Origin: Planctomycetota bacterium
Lineage (GTDB): Bacteria; Planctomycetota; UBA1135; UBA2386
Assembly: GCA_965223545.1 (NCBI GenBank)
Contig: OZ245006.1
Location: forward strand, 4,192,001 to 4,256,000
Direction: 5' to 3'
DNA: 64,000 bases
Shown here: piece after piece, positions 1 to 9,581 of the stretch
Numbering within the stretch: the first letter of the stretch is position 1
Layout of the letters: each line of letters begins with the position of its first letter
Position numbers and translations under genes: made by a program
Notes under the pieces: generated by a model
Databases searched by the model: none
What the model was told of the DNA's origin: nothing
Seen by the model: the letters and a program-made list of their open reading frames with translations, nothing else

Positions 1-281
1 GACTTGAGTACCTCGTAGTTGAAGTCGACGTGTCCGGGGGTGTCGATCAGGTTGAGGAGATAGGTCTCGCCGTCGTCGGCGCGGTAGTGCATCGCGACCG
101 CCCGCGCCTTGATGGTGATGCCGCGCTCGCGTTCCAGCTCCATGCTGTCGAGCAGCTGCTGCTTCATCTCGCGCTTCTGTACCGTGCCGGTCAGCTCGAG
201 CATGCGGTCGGCGAGCGTCGACTTGCCGTGGTCGACGTGGGCGATGATGCTGAAGTTGCGGATCCGCAGAATCGGGTACAT
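1..281 (-). CDS. lepA: Translation elongation factor 4 (LepA), 5' part; truncated by the window edge
   Basis: Minus strand from ATG 281 reads [32 protein letters not shown]...[16 protein letters not shown]...[16 protein letters not shown], the LepA G-domain. Not in the ORF track. Confidence 0.96.
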   Translation of the reverse strand, partial: MYPILRIRNFSIIAHVDHGKSTLADRMLELTGTVQKREMKQQLLDSMELERERGITIKARAVAMHYRADDGETYLLNLIDTPGHVDFNYEVLK

Positions 282-314
282 CGAGCGATTCGGAAGAGGC
301 TACGATCGAAGAGG

Positions 315-917
315 CTATAGGGGCAGGCCGGCCAGTCGAGTGAGCAGCTGCCGCAACGCCTTGCCACGATGGCTGAGCGCGTCCTTCTGGCCGGCGTCCA
401 GCTCGGCGAAGGTCGAATCGGGAGCGGCGTCCGGGACGAACACCGGGTCGTAGCCGAAGCCGTGGCGGCCGCGCGGCGCGGTCGCGATGCGACCCTCGCA
501 GGATTCCTCGATCGCGGCCAGCACGCGACCGTCCGCGGCGGCGAGGCACAGGTGGCAGACGAACCGCGCCGTGCGGCGCGGTGCGGGGACGCCGTGCAGC
601 TCTTCGAGCAGCAGCCGAACCCGATCGTCGTCGGTGGCGCCCTCGCCGCCGTAGCGCGCCGACAACACCCCCGGCCGGCCGTCGAGCGCGTCCACGCACA
701 GCCCCGAGTCGTCGCCGATCGCCGGCGCGGCGACCGCGCGTGCCAGCGCGCGCGCCTTGATCGCGGCGTTGCCGGCGAAGTCGGGCGCATCCTCGCGCAT
801 GGCGACCGGACCCGGGGCCTCCGCCAGCCGGCGCAGAGAATAGCCCAACGGTCCGAGCAAGCGCTCGAGCTCGTCGCGCTTCTTCGCGTTGTTGGAAGCG
901 ATCCAGAGGTCGGTCAT
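315..917 (-). CDS. rdgB: Non-canonical purine NTP pyrophosphatase (RdgB/HAM1)
   Basis: [36 protein letters not shown] and SHRGKAL motifs; classic position downstream of rph. Confidence 0.95.
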   Translation of the reverse strand: MTDLWIASNNAKKRDELERLLGPLGYSLRRLAEAPGPVAMREDAPDFAGNAAIKARALARAVAAPAIGDDSGLCVDALDGRPGVLSARYGGEGATDDDRVRLLLEELHGVPAPRRTARFVCHLCLAAADGRVLAAIEESCEGRIATAPRGRHGFGYDPVFVPDAAPDSTFAELDAGQKDALSHRGKALRQLLTRLAGLPL

Positions 918-938
918 GTCGGTGCGAGTGCGTGGTCG

Positions 939-1658
939 CTACAGCCCGAGTGCCGTGCGCTGGAGACCGTTGATGTGCTCGCACGCCACCTTGGCGCGAG
1001 CCATCATCTCCTGGAACTGCTCATCGGAGAACGGCGCGCCCTCGGCGCTGCCCTGCACCTCGACGAGCATGCCGTCGGAAGTGCGCACGACGTTGAGATC
1101 GACGTCGGCGGCGTAGTCCTCCTTGTAGTCGAGGTCGACCAGACACCCGCCGTTGCGCAGGCCGACGGAGATGGCGCTGACCTCGCTGCGCAGCGGCCAC
1201 TTGCGCACCTTCTTCCTCTCCTCGAGCGCCAACAGCGCGTCGAACAGCGCCACGCAAGCGCCGTTGATCGCCGTCGTCCGCGTGCCGCCATCCGCCGACA
1301 GCACTTCGCAGTCGACCCAAAGGGTGATCTCGGGCATCGACTTGAGGTCGATGATGCTGCGCAGACTGCGGCCGATGAGGCGGCCGATCTCGAGGGAGCG
1401 TCCGTCGACGCGCGCCGTTCGCCCCTCGCGCGGTTTGCGGGAGTGGGTCGAGCCGGGCACCATGCCGTACTCGGCGGTGAGCCAGGCGCCGCCTTCGTTC
1501 TGCCGCCACAACGGCACTTGCTCGCTGACCGACACGGTGCACAGCACCTTGGTGTTGCCAGCCTCGACCAACACCGAACCCGGGGCGTTCTCGGTGAAAG
1601 CCCGTGTGAACTTCAACGGCCGGATCTGGTCCTCGGCCCTGTCGTTGCGCCGCTTCAG
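939..1658 (-). CDS. rph: Ribonuclease PH; probable non-canonical CTG start at 1658
   Basis: GSVLVEAGNTKVLC, WLTAEYGMVPGST, EIGRLIGRSLR, ADGGTRT and DLDYKED motifs. The conserved N-terminus KRRNDRAEDQIRP lies upstream of the TTG at 1616, with GAGGAG 6 nt before CTG 1658. Confidence 0.93.
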   Translation of the reverse strand: MKRRNDRAEDQIRPLKFTRAFTENAPGSVLVEAGNTKVLCTVSVSEQVPLWRQNEGGAWLTAEYGMVPGSTHSRKPREGRTARVDGRSLEIGRLIGRSLRSIIDLKSMPEITLWVDCEVLSADGGTRTTAINGACVALFDALLALEERKKVRKWPLRSEVSAISVGLRNGGCLVDLDYKEDYAADVDLNVVRTSDGMLVEVQGSAEGAPFSDEQFQEMMARAKVACEHINGLQRTALGL

Positions 1659-1764
1659 CGTGTTCTCCTCGAGACCGGAAGAAAGCCCGGCAGCTTACCC
1701 GGCGCCTCCGGCCGGTTTTGACAGAATTCGCGCGACGTCCGTGCGCGCCCGGAGAATTGCGGCC

Positions 1765-4374
1765 GTGACCGAGCCCCTGCGCAGCCTCGACCGCGACTTC
1801 GCCCGCTACTGCCGCAGCGGAGATCCGGGTGCGTTGGCGGCGGTGTTCGACGGGTCCGCCGACGAGCTCTGGCGGCTGGCGCGACACCTGGTCGGCGACC
1901 GGCACGCGGCCGACGACCTCGTGCAGGAGGTGTTCTTGGTCGCCATCGAGCGCCGCGATCGGTTCGAGCCGGGCCGACCTGTGTTGCCGTGGCTGCTGGG
2001 CATCCTGGCCAACCTCGCGCGCCGGCGCCGGCGGCGGACGACTGCGGGTGCCCCGCCGGCTCGCTTCAGCGGCACCTCCGGCGACGATCCGGTCGAAGCG
2101 GCCGCGCGCGGCGAGCTGGTCCGTTCGCTGCAGCGCTGCGTTCGCGGGCTCCCGCAGCCGTACCGCGACGTGCTGGTGTCTCACTTGGAGCACGGCGAGG
2201 GAGCGCGGGCGATCGCCGCGCGGCGCCGCTGCCCACCGAGCACGGTGCGCAACCAGGTGATGCGGGGACTCGACCTGTTGCGGCGTTCGCTGCCGGCGGG
2301 GCTCGGCAGCGCTGCCGCCGTCGGCACGCTTTCCCCGCGCGCGGCGGCCGCCTTGCGGGACACCGTTCTGCGCCGCGCGGCCGCGGCGGCACCGGTCTCC
2401 CCGGCGCTGACCCTGACTGGAGCGATTGTCATGCACAAGATCACGATCTCGGCGGTGGTGCTCGCCGCCGTCCTGTTGGCCTGGTGGGTGGTTTCGCCGC
2501 CATCGGCACCGCCCAAAGAGCGTCCCGCGCCGGTGGACGGCACGGGGTCGGCTGCCGCCGACGCGGGGGCGGGCGGCGTGGACACGGCCGCTTCGCCGGG
2601 CGCGCGTGACCGCGTGCCGCAAACGCCGGCGAGCACCGCTCCTGCGACCTCCCGCGCCAGTCTGTCGGTGCGCGTCCACCGCGACTCCGAGCCGGTCGCG
2701 GCGGTCGGCGTGTACGTGCGGCCCGTCGACGGTGGCCCTGGTGCCGGCCAGGGGGGCGTCGGGCAGGGGGGCGTCGAGCAGAAGACCGACGCCGCCGGCG
2801 AGGTCGTGTTCGCCGACTTGGCGCCAGGGCCATTTCGCGTCGTGACCGACCGGGGCGTGGGCACCGAGGTCTCGCTGCGCGCGGGCGAGCAGCAGCGGAT
2901 CGAGCTGTCGCTGCCGCGTGGCTTGAACGTCGACGGCACGGTGGTCGACGTCGAGGGCAAGCCGGTGGCGGGTGCCGGCATCTTCGCCAAGCAGCGGCTG
3001 CACCACGACTGGTTCCACCAGGTCGCCACCAGCGATGCCGACGGCCGGTTCCGGTTGACCGAGGTCGCGCAGGGCACGCGTCTGCTGGCGCGCGCCGAGC
3101 ACTACCAACCGTCCCACCACCGCCGCAGCGGGGCGGTCGAGGGCGAGATCGGTGCCGACGTCGCGGTGCGGCTGCGGCTGGGTGCGCGCGCGCACCGCTT
3201 GCGCGGTGTCGTGCGCCACGCCGACGGGCGTCCGGCCGCCGGCGCCGTGGTCGCGATCGCCGCCGACGAGGACGCGCGCAACCACCCCGACGGGGTGCTG
3301 AGCCAGAAGTACGAGTCCGAGTTCACCCGACCGATGGACATGGAGGCGTTCTTGGTCCGCTGCGATGCCGAGGGGCGCTTCACGACCACGGAGGTGCCGA
3401 TGGGGCGCACGCTGCTGGTCGCGCGCGCGGTTGCCGAGGCCGGCATCGCGGTGACCAACGTCGTCGTACGGCCGGAGTCGGACAACCGCGTTGAGGTGGT
3501 GTTGCAGCGCGGTGCCACGGTCCACGGCCGCGTCGTCGATGGCGACGGAGTGGGCTACGCCGGGCTGCGCGTCGCCGCCGAGTGGCAGGGGACCATCGAG
3601 GTCGGCACGTTCGAGCACGATATCGGTCACTTGGTGTCGGACCGGCACGCGGTCACCGATGGCGAGGGTCGCTTCGAGTTGTCCGCGCTGCTTGCCGGCG
3701 AGCACCGGCTGGTGGTCGGCGCCGCGGTCGATCCCGAGTTGCGGTTGGATGACGACAGCGCGTTGCACAGCGAGCGCGTCGTGCTGGCGAGCGAAGAGGC
3801 CTTGCACTGGCAGGCCGTGGTGACCCGCCGGCAGCCGCTGCGGGTGTCGGTGTCGGGGCCCGACGGCGCGCCGCTGGCGGGGGTCGCAGTCAACGCGAGT
3901 GGCGGTGAGGCGCCCACCAGCGAGCGTGCCCTGCGCCGGCAGCGGAGCGGCACCGACGGTGTGGTCACCCTCGACGTGGAGCCGGGAGAATGCGTGGTGA
4001 CCGCGCACGGCACGATGGCGGACGGGTCCCCCGATCCGCTGCCGGCGCGGATCGAGCGGGTCGCCGCCGGCAGCGGCGCGGTCGACCTGCGCTTGGAGCA
4101 CTTGCCCTCCGCGGTTCTCGCTGGTCGGCTGACCGGCGACCTGGGGTCGCGCGCCTGGCTGCGGCTGCGGCGCACGGATTGGCCGGCCGGCCGGATTCGC
4201 GGGCTGGACCGGACCACCGGGGAGTTCGCGTTCGAGCGGCTGCCGGCTGCGACCTACCGGCTCGCCCTGCGGCGCGTCGGCGACGACGGTTGGCGCGATC
4301 TGCGCGAAGTGACCCTGCGGCCGGGCGAACGGCTCGCTCTCGGCATCCTGCCGATAAGCTCGGGGAGCCGCTGA
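1765..4374 (+). CDS. ECF-type RNA polymerase sigma factor fused to a TM helix and extracytoplasmic carboxypeptidase-regulatory-like beta-sandwich repeats
   Basis: Sigma region 2 (AADDLVQEVFL...PWLLGILAN) and region 4 (LPQPYRDVL...STVRNQVMRGL), then hydrophobic ISAVVLAAVLLAWWVV, then repeated GxVVDxxGxPVAGA / TDxxGRF units. GTG 1765 follows GGAGA; the ORF-track extension to 1153 is antisense to rph. Confidence 0.85.
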   Translation: MTEPLRSLDRDFARYCRSGDPGALAAVFDGSADELWRLARHLVGDRHAADDLVQEVFLVAIERRDRFEPGRPVLPWLLGILANLARRRRRRTTAGAPPARFSGTSGDDPVEAAARGELVRSLQRCVRGLPQPYRDVLVSHLEHGEGARAIAARRRCPPSTVRNQVMRGLDLLRRSLPAGLGSAAAVGTLSPRAAAALRDTVLRRAAAAAPVSPALTLTGAIVMHKITISAVVLAAVLLAWWVVSPPSAPPKERPAPVDGTGSAAADAGAGGVDTAASPGARDRVPQTPASTAPATSRASLSVRVHRDSEPVAAVGVYVRPVDGGPGAGQGGVGQGGVEQKTDAAGEVVFADLAPGPFRVVTDRGVGTEVSLRAGEQQRIELSLPRGLNVDGTVVDVEGKPVAGAGIFAKQRLHHDWFHQVATSDADGRFRLTEVAQGTRLLARAEHYQPSHHRRSGAVEGEIGADVAVRLRLGARAHRLRGVVRHADGRPAAGAVVAIAADEDARNHPDGVLSQKYESEFTRPMDMEAFLVRCDAEGRFTTTEVPMGRTLLVARAVAEAGIAVTNVVVRPESDNRVEVVLQRGATVHGRVVDGDGVGYAGLRVAAEWQGTIEVGTFEHDIGHLVSDRHAVTDGEGRFELSALLAGEHRLVVGAAVDPELRLDDDSALHSERVVLASEEALHWQAVVTRRQPLRVSVSGPDGAPLAGVAVNASGGEAPTSERALRRQRSGTDGVVTLDVEPGECVVTAHGTMADGSPDPLPARIERVAAGSGAVDLRLEHLPSAVLAGRLTGDLGSRAWLRLRRTDWPAGRIRGLDRTTGEFAFERLPAATYRLALRRVGDDGWRDLREVTLRPGERLALGILPISSGSR

Positions 4375-4435
4375 GCTCGATTCGGGCGCGGCCGGTGGGA
4401 TCCCGGCGGGCGCGGCCGCGTAGGACAGGTCGAAC

Positions 4436-5179
4436 ATGCACACCATCGCCGCACTCGGAGCCGTCGCGCTCGGAGCCATCGCCATGACGATTCACCCGCA
4501 GGATCCGCTCACCGAGAAGCAGCCCAACCCGCAGATTCGGACCGCGACCTTCGCGGTCGGTTGATTCTGGGGGCCCGACTCCCGGTTCGGGGGTCTCGAA
4601 GGCGTGCTCCGCACCCGCGTGGGCTACGCGGGTGGGTCGACTCCGGACCCGACGTATCGAGAGATCGGCGATCACACCGAGGTGTTTCAGGTCGACTTCG
4701 ACCCGAAGGTGATCTCGTTCGGCGAGCTGTTGGAGGTGTTCTGGGAGAGCCACGGGCCGTGCGCGCCGGTCCGGTCGACGCAGTACAAGGCAGTGCTGTT
4801 CCATCACGACGAGGCGCAGCGCGCGCTGGCCGAAGCCTCGGCGCAGGCGCGGCAAGAGCAGCTGGGTCGGCCGATCACGACCGAGCTACGCGCGCTGGAG
4901 CGGTTCTATCTGGCCGAGGAATATCACCAGAAGTACGCGTTGCGTCGGCACCCGTCGGTGGTGCGTGATCTGTTGGTGCTGGCTCCAAGAGACACCGCAC
5001 TGGTGGGGTCGATCGCGGCGGCCAAGCTCAATGCCTACTTCGCCGGTCACCTGTCGTTCGAAGGGCTGGAGCGAGCGCTGAAGGAGCTGGACTTGCGCGT
5101 CGAGGGCGGTGAGCGAGTCACCGGAGTGTGCAGAATGCGCGCACCGGCCGTGCGCGAAGCGCGCGGGGCCTCCTCCTGA
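4436..5179 (+). CDS. msrA: Peptide methionine sulfoxide reductase MsrA, selenocysteine-containing (in-frame TGA 4562-4564)
   Basis: Reads ...RTATFAVG-TGA-FWGPDSRFGGLEGVLRTRVGYAGG...PTY...GDHTE...FYLAEEYHQKY; the TGA is at the catalytic Cys of the GCFWG motif. ATG 4436 is in frame and gives a hydrophobic, signal-like N-terminus. Confidence 0.9.
4577..4595 (+). promoter_or_regulatory. Candidate bacterial SECIS hairpin for msrA
   Basis: GACTCCCG-GTT-CGGGGGTC stem-loop; the G-containing apical loop lies about 20 nt 3' of the UGA. Confidence 0.65.
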
Positions 5180-5266
5180 CCGATCAGTTGCTATGGTGTT
5201 GGGCCTCGGCCCGTGGTTTGCGGGTGCAGCGAGAACCACACATCCCAGACAACAAGGACTTCGCGA

Positions 5267-6046
5267 ATGTCACGTCTGTTCCTCGGACTGGCGGTTGCGT
5301 CAGCATTCACTCTCTCCGCCCCGGCCCAGAGCACCTTCACGTACGACGTCGAGCTGATCGGCGGTCAGGAGGAGCCGCCCAACAGCTCCGGCGGCATCGG
5401 CCAGGCGCAGGTCACCATCGACCCGGCGCAGGGTCGCATCGCGGTCACCGGCCGCTACTCGAACCTGCAGGGCACCGCCTCCGCGGCGCATATCCACGGC
5501 AGCGCGCGGCGCGGCGCCAACAGCGGCGTCATCCTCGGGCTGACCGTTTCGGGTGGCAGCGCGGGCACGATCAGCGGCTCGGGCATGCTGACCGCGAGTG
5601 AAGTGCAGACCCTGATGGACGGCTTGGCCTACCTGAACCTGCACTCCTCGGCCTTTCCCGGTGGTGAAATCCGCGGCCAGATCGACCACGTGCCCGACAG
5701 TGGCAGCCCCAGCGCGCCGTCGCCCACGGTCACCGGACCGGCGACCCCTGGAGGCACGCTGAACATCGGCTGCCCGCCTTCGATCAACATCGGAATCGTC
5801 TTGGTCGGCATCGGCCTGCCGGCGACGGTGACTCTGCCCTTGCCGGCGATCATCGCCTGCGTGGCGCCGACCAACATCGGCATCGACATCTCGCTGCCGT
5901 TCCTGAACACGGGAACCGGCTTCGTGCCGCTCGCGATTCCGCCGGGCGTGCCGTCGTTCGAGCTCGCGACCCAGTGCGCGATGCTGCCACTCGGCGGCGG
6001 CTGCGTCGACCTGTCCGGTGCGCACCGCATCGCCGTGCGCCCCTGA
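5267..6046 (+). CDS. Secreted CHRD-domain protein
   Basis: Signal peptide followed by LIGGQEEPP...AAHIHG...YLNLHSSAFPGGEIRGQI, the CHRD signature. ATG 5267 follows AAGGA. Confidence 0.88.
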   Translation: MSRLFLGLAVASAFTLSAPAQSTFTYDVELIGGQEEPPNSSGGIGQAQVTIDPAQGRIAVTGRYSNLQGTASAAHIHGSARRGANSGVILGLTVSGGSAGTISGSGMLTASEVQTLMDGLAYLNLHSSAFPGGEIRGQIDHVPDSGSPSAPSPTVTGPATPGGTLNIGCPPSINIGIVLVGIGLPATVTLPLPAIIACVAPTNIGIDISLPFLNTGTGFVPLAIPPGVPSFELATQCAMLPLGGGCVDLSGAHRIAVRP

Positions 6047-6121
6047 CCGCCAAGCGAGAAAAACGAGCCGGACTCCGTACGTTCGCTCGCATTCGGCGGG
6101 GTTGGGGTCGATCCTCGATCG

Positions 6122-6586
6122 ATGCCATCCCTGCAGGCCGGTAGTGCGATCCCTGTCCTGTTTGCTTTGATCGCCGGCGTCGTCGTCGCGGTCCAGCCCG
6201 GCATCAACGGCGTGCTCTCCAAGCGGCTCGAGCATCCGATCCAGGCGAGCGTGATCTCGTTCTCGGTCGGGTGGGCGCTGCTGGTGGCGGTTTGCCTGGC
6301 CCTCGGCCAGCGCTTGCCGCGACCGTCGATGTTGAGCGGCGCGCCGTGGTGGCTTTGGCTCGGCGGCGGCACGGTGGGCGCGTTCTTCGTCACCACGGCG
6401 CTGATCGTCGCACCGAAGATCGGCGCGGCGTTCTGGATCGCGTTGATCGTCGCCGGACAGATGGCGGCGTCGCTGGCGCTCGATCACTTCGGCGTGCTCG
6501 GTTTCGCGCGGCGGACGATCTCGCTCGTGGACGGCGTCGGCGCTGGGCTCATCGTGGCCGGCGTTTGGTTGCTCTCGCGTCGCTGA
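6122..6586 (+). CDS. DMT-family (YdcZ-like) small membrane transporter
   Basis: AVQPGINGVL, PWWLWLGGGTVGA and IVAGQMAASLALDHFG motifs; about 5 TM helices. Confidence 0.88.
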   Translation: MPSLQAGSAIPVLFALIAGVVVAVQPGINGVLSKRLEHPIQASVISFSVGWALLVAVCLALGQRLPRPSMLSGAPWWLWLGGGTVGAFFVTTALIVAPKIGAAFWIALIVAGQMAASLALDHFGVLGFARRTISLVDGVGAGLIVAGVWLLSRR

Positions 6587-6601
6587 ACGAGCGTCGCGCA
6601 C

Positions 6602-9574
6602 CTAGCGTCGGCGCTCGGCCTCGAGCCGCTCGTGCTCGGCCCGCCAGTGGGCGGCCTGCTCGCTGCGCTCGTCGCTCGGCTCCGCGGAGTGCCACTGTTC
6701 GTAGAGCTGGGCCAGGCGGTTCGCGCCCCGCCAGGGCTGCCCCAGCTCGACGCTGAGCTCCTGCATCCGCCGCATCGCCTGCTCGGCGCCAGTCCAGTCG
6801 CCCTGTGCCGACCGCGCCCAGGCCAGCTCCCGGTAGCCGGTCAGCCGCAGCAGCGAAGACGGGGCTTCGGCATCCAGAATGGCCAGCGCCTCGGTGATGG
6901 TGGTCGCGGCCTCCGCCGGGCGCTCGGTGCGCCGTAGCAGCGCGCCGAGGCGCACGATGTTCTCCTGCACCGCGCGGTGGCGCTCGCCGTGCAGCGCGCG
7001 CAGCACGTCGATCGCCTCGATCAACACCGGCTCGGCGGCCAGCGGGTTGTCGTTGCCGATGTGACAGAAGGCGAGGTTGAGCGTGGACTGCCCCACCTCC
7101 GCGCAGATCGGACCGATGCTGCGCTTGCGCACGTCGATCGAGCGTTGGTAGAGCCGCACGGCGTCTTGGTAGCGGCCTTGCCGGTCGACCGCGATCGCCA
7201 AGTTGTTGAGCGTCGTGCCGACGTCCGGGTGATCGGCGCCGAGCGCCTCGGTGAGAATGTCGACTGCCTTCTCCTGGGCCTCCACCGATTGGTCGACCTG
7301 TCCCTTGCGAATCAAGATCTTGCCCAACGCGCCCCAGGCCTTGCCGACGTTGGGGTGCGACGCTCCGAGCCGCTCCGTCGTCGTCGCGATCGACGTGCGG
7401 ATCAGATCCTCGGCCTCGTCGGGCCGGCCCTGCGCGGAAACGAACCCGGCCAGATTGTGCTGCAGGATCGCGATGTGATGGTGGCCATCGCCGTGCTGGC
7501 TGCGCAATAGCTCGATGGCTTCGCGCATGTGCTTCTCGGCAGCCGCGTAGCGCCCGCGATTGCTCTCGGTCGTCGCGATGTTGGCCAGGTTGACCACCAC
7601 CTCCGGATGCGCCGCGCGCAGGGTTCGCCGGCGTAGAGCCAACGCCTCGCGAAACACACGCTCGGCGTCCTCGTACTCACCAGAGAGCCGGTGCGCGCGT
7701 CCGAGCGTGCCGAGCAGGCCGGCGTGCGCCTGATCGAGGCCGGCGGCACGCGCCGTGTCGATCGCCGCCAAGCACAGCGCCTTGGCCTCGTCGATCCGGC
7801 GCAGCTCGCACAGCGTCTGTGCGCGCAGATCCTGCAGCTCCAGCTCCATGGTCGGATCGGGGGCGCCACGCGCCGTCATCGCCAGTGCCCGGTCGCACAC
7901 TACAAGAACGTCGTCGTAGCCGGCGCGGTGGAATCGCAAGGTGCCCCACTGCAGCAGCGCCGGGACCAGCCGGGCCGGGTCGCCGTGCTGCTCCTCGATT
8001 TCCAGGGCGCGTTGCAGGTGCTGCTCGGCGCGATCCAGGGCGCCGATGGCGAGATAGGCCTCGCCGAGCGTGAGCCGCAGGGCGGCCTCTACGTCAGGCT
8101 GGTCGGCGATCTCCTCGCTGTCTTCCAGCTCGAAGTCGTCGAGCAGCTCTCGCAGCGTGTAGTCCGGGTCGGCGTGGTACGGGTTGGCCGACGCCAGCAT
8201 GCGCCGGGTGACCTCCAGCACGGTCGACGCGCGGTCTGCCTCGGCCCGGGCAGTGCGCTCGGCGGCCAGCGCTCGCCGCAGCATCACTCCGGTGCCGACC
8301 ACTCCGCCGACCAGGGAGAGCAAGAGGAGCAACCCGGCTGCCGCCATGGCGCGGTTGCGGCGGACGAACTTGCCGAGCCGATACGCCGTACCCGGAGGTC
8401 CGGCAATGACCGGCACGTTGTCGAGGTGTCGCTGCAGGTCCTCGGCCAGTGCAGCGGCGGTGTCGTAGCGTCGGTTGCGATCCTTCTCGATCGCCTTCAT
8501 CACGATCCAGTCGAGGTCGCCGCGCAGCGTGTGCCGCAAGTCGCGGGCCTCGATGCGGCGCCGGTGCGCGATGTCGTCGAGCTGGTCGCCGAGCGAGCTC
8601 ACGCGCGTGCTCGGCTTGGCGGGCTCGGACTCGCGAATGTGCCGCACCATGTCGGCGTAGTCACCCGAGCGCAGGCGGTTGGGATCGAACGCCTTGGTGC
8701 CGGTGAGCAGCTCGTAGAGCACGATCCCGAGGCTGTAGACGTCAGCGCGCGTGTCGACGTCGAGGCCCGAGTACTGGGCCTGCTCCGGCGCCATGTACTC
8801 CGGGGTACCGATCATCTGGTGGTACTCGGTGAACAGCGTGCGCTGGGTGAGCTCCTGCCCCGTCGCCTTGGCGACGCCGAAGTCGATGACCTTCGGAGTG
8901 GCGACCCGGTCGTGCATGGTGACCAGGATGTTGCCGGGCTTGAGGTCGCGGTGGATGATCCCCTTGTGGTGCGCGTGCTGCACCGCGTGGCATACCTTCT
9001 GGAACAGCTCGATGCGCGCGCGCGGCGTCCACTGCTCGGTGTCGCAGAACTCGGTGATCGGCACGCCGCGCACCAGCTCCATGACGAAGTAGGGCCGCCC
9101 CGCTTCGGTCGCACCGCCGTCGAGGACTCGGGCGATGTGGGGGTGTTCCATCATCGCCAGTGCCTGTCGCTCGGCCTCGAAGCGGGCGATCACCTGGTGC
9201 GTATCCATGCCGACCTTGATGACCTTGACCGCGACCTTGCGGCGGATCGGCTCGGTCTGCTCGGCCATCCAGACCACGCCGAAGCCGCCTTCACCGATCT
9301 TCTGCAGCAGCTTGTAGCGGCCGATCTCGCTGCCGGGTGCTCCGCCCGGCGGCTCCGCCGTCGCCATGAACGACGCCGCCTTGTGATAGGCCTCGAGCAG
9401 GTCGGCGACCTCGGCGCGCACCGCCGGGTCGGTGCACTGCTCTTGCAGGAAGCGGCCGCGCGCTTCGGTCGGTAGCTCGAGCGCCCGTTCGAAGATCGCC
9501 CTGGTTTGCTCGGCCCCGCTCGGCAAGGGGCTGGTTTCGTCCAGCGGGTTGGTGTCGGGCAGCTCTGGGCTCAC
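6602..9574 (-). CDS. Serine/threonine protein kinase with TM segment and C-terminal TPR repeats
   Basis: GEGGFGVV, VAVKVIK, HRDLKPGN, DFGVAK and GTPEYMAPEQ motifs; TM segment AMAAAGLLLLLSLVGGVVG; repeated LGxxHPxV...LNNLA TPR-like units. Confidence 0.95.
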   Translation of the reverse strand: MSPELPDTNPLDETSPLPSGAEQTRAIFERALELPTEARGRFLQEQCTDPAVRAEVADLLEAYHKAASFMATAEPPGGAPGSEIGRYKLLQKIGEGGFGVVWMAEQTEPIRRKVAVKVIKVGMDTHQVIARFEAERQALAMMEHPHIARVLDGGATEAGRPYFVMELVRGVPITEFCDTEQWTPRARIELFQKVCHAVQHAHHKGIIHRDLKPGNILVTMHDRVATPKVIDFGVAKATGQELTQRTLFTEYHQMIGTPEYMAPEQAQYSGLDVDTRADVYSLGIVLYELLTGTKAFDPNRLRSGDYADMVRHIRESEPAKPSTRVSSLGDQLDDIAHRRRIEARDLRHTLRGDLDWIVMKAIEKDRNRRYDTAAALAEDLQRHLDNVPVIAGPPGTAYRLGKFVRRNRAMAAAGLLLLLSLVGGVVGTGVMLRRALAAERTARAEADRASTVLEVTRRMLASANPYHADPDYTLRELLDDFELEDSEEIADQPDVEAALRLTLGEAYLAIGALDRAEQHLQRALEIEEQHGDPARLVPALLQWGTLRFHRAGYDDVLVVCDRALAMTARGAPDPTMELELQDLRAQTLCELRRIDEAKALCLAAIDTARAAGLDQAHAGLLGTLGRAHRLSGEYEDAERVFREALALRRRTLRAAHPEVVVNLANIATTESNRGRYAAAEKHMREAIELLRSQHGDGHHHIAILQHNLAGFVSAQGRPDEAEDLIRTSIATTTERLGASHPNVGKAWGALGKILIRKGQVDQSVEAQEKAVDILTEALGADHPDVGTTLNNLAIAVDRQGRYQDAVRLYQRSIDVRKRSIGPICAEVGQSTLNLAFCHIGNDNPLAAEPVLIEAIDVLRALHGERHRAVQENIVRLGALLRRTERPAEAATTITEALAILDAEAPSSLLRLTGYRELAWARSAQGDWTGAEQAMRRMQELSVELGQPWRGANRLAQLYEQWHSAEPSDERSEQAAHWRAEHERLEAERRR

Positions 9575-9581
9575 GGTGTGC

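Noticed and set aside
30..320. Plus-strand 96-aa ORF
   Set aside because: Antisense to lepA.
4350..4357. Perfect sigma28 -10 (GCCGATAA) upstream of msrA
   Set aside because: Lies within coding sequence and has no matching -35 element.
1021..4485. 1154-aa minus-strand ORF and the 1153-1764 extension of the sigma gene
   Set aside because: Arg/Pro-rich shadow frames overlapping rph and the ECF gene.
4562..4564. msrA as a nonsense pseudogene, or starting at 4604
   Set aside because: The TGA is exactly at the catalytic residue with a SECIS-like hairpin; a 4604 start would delete the active site.
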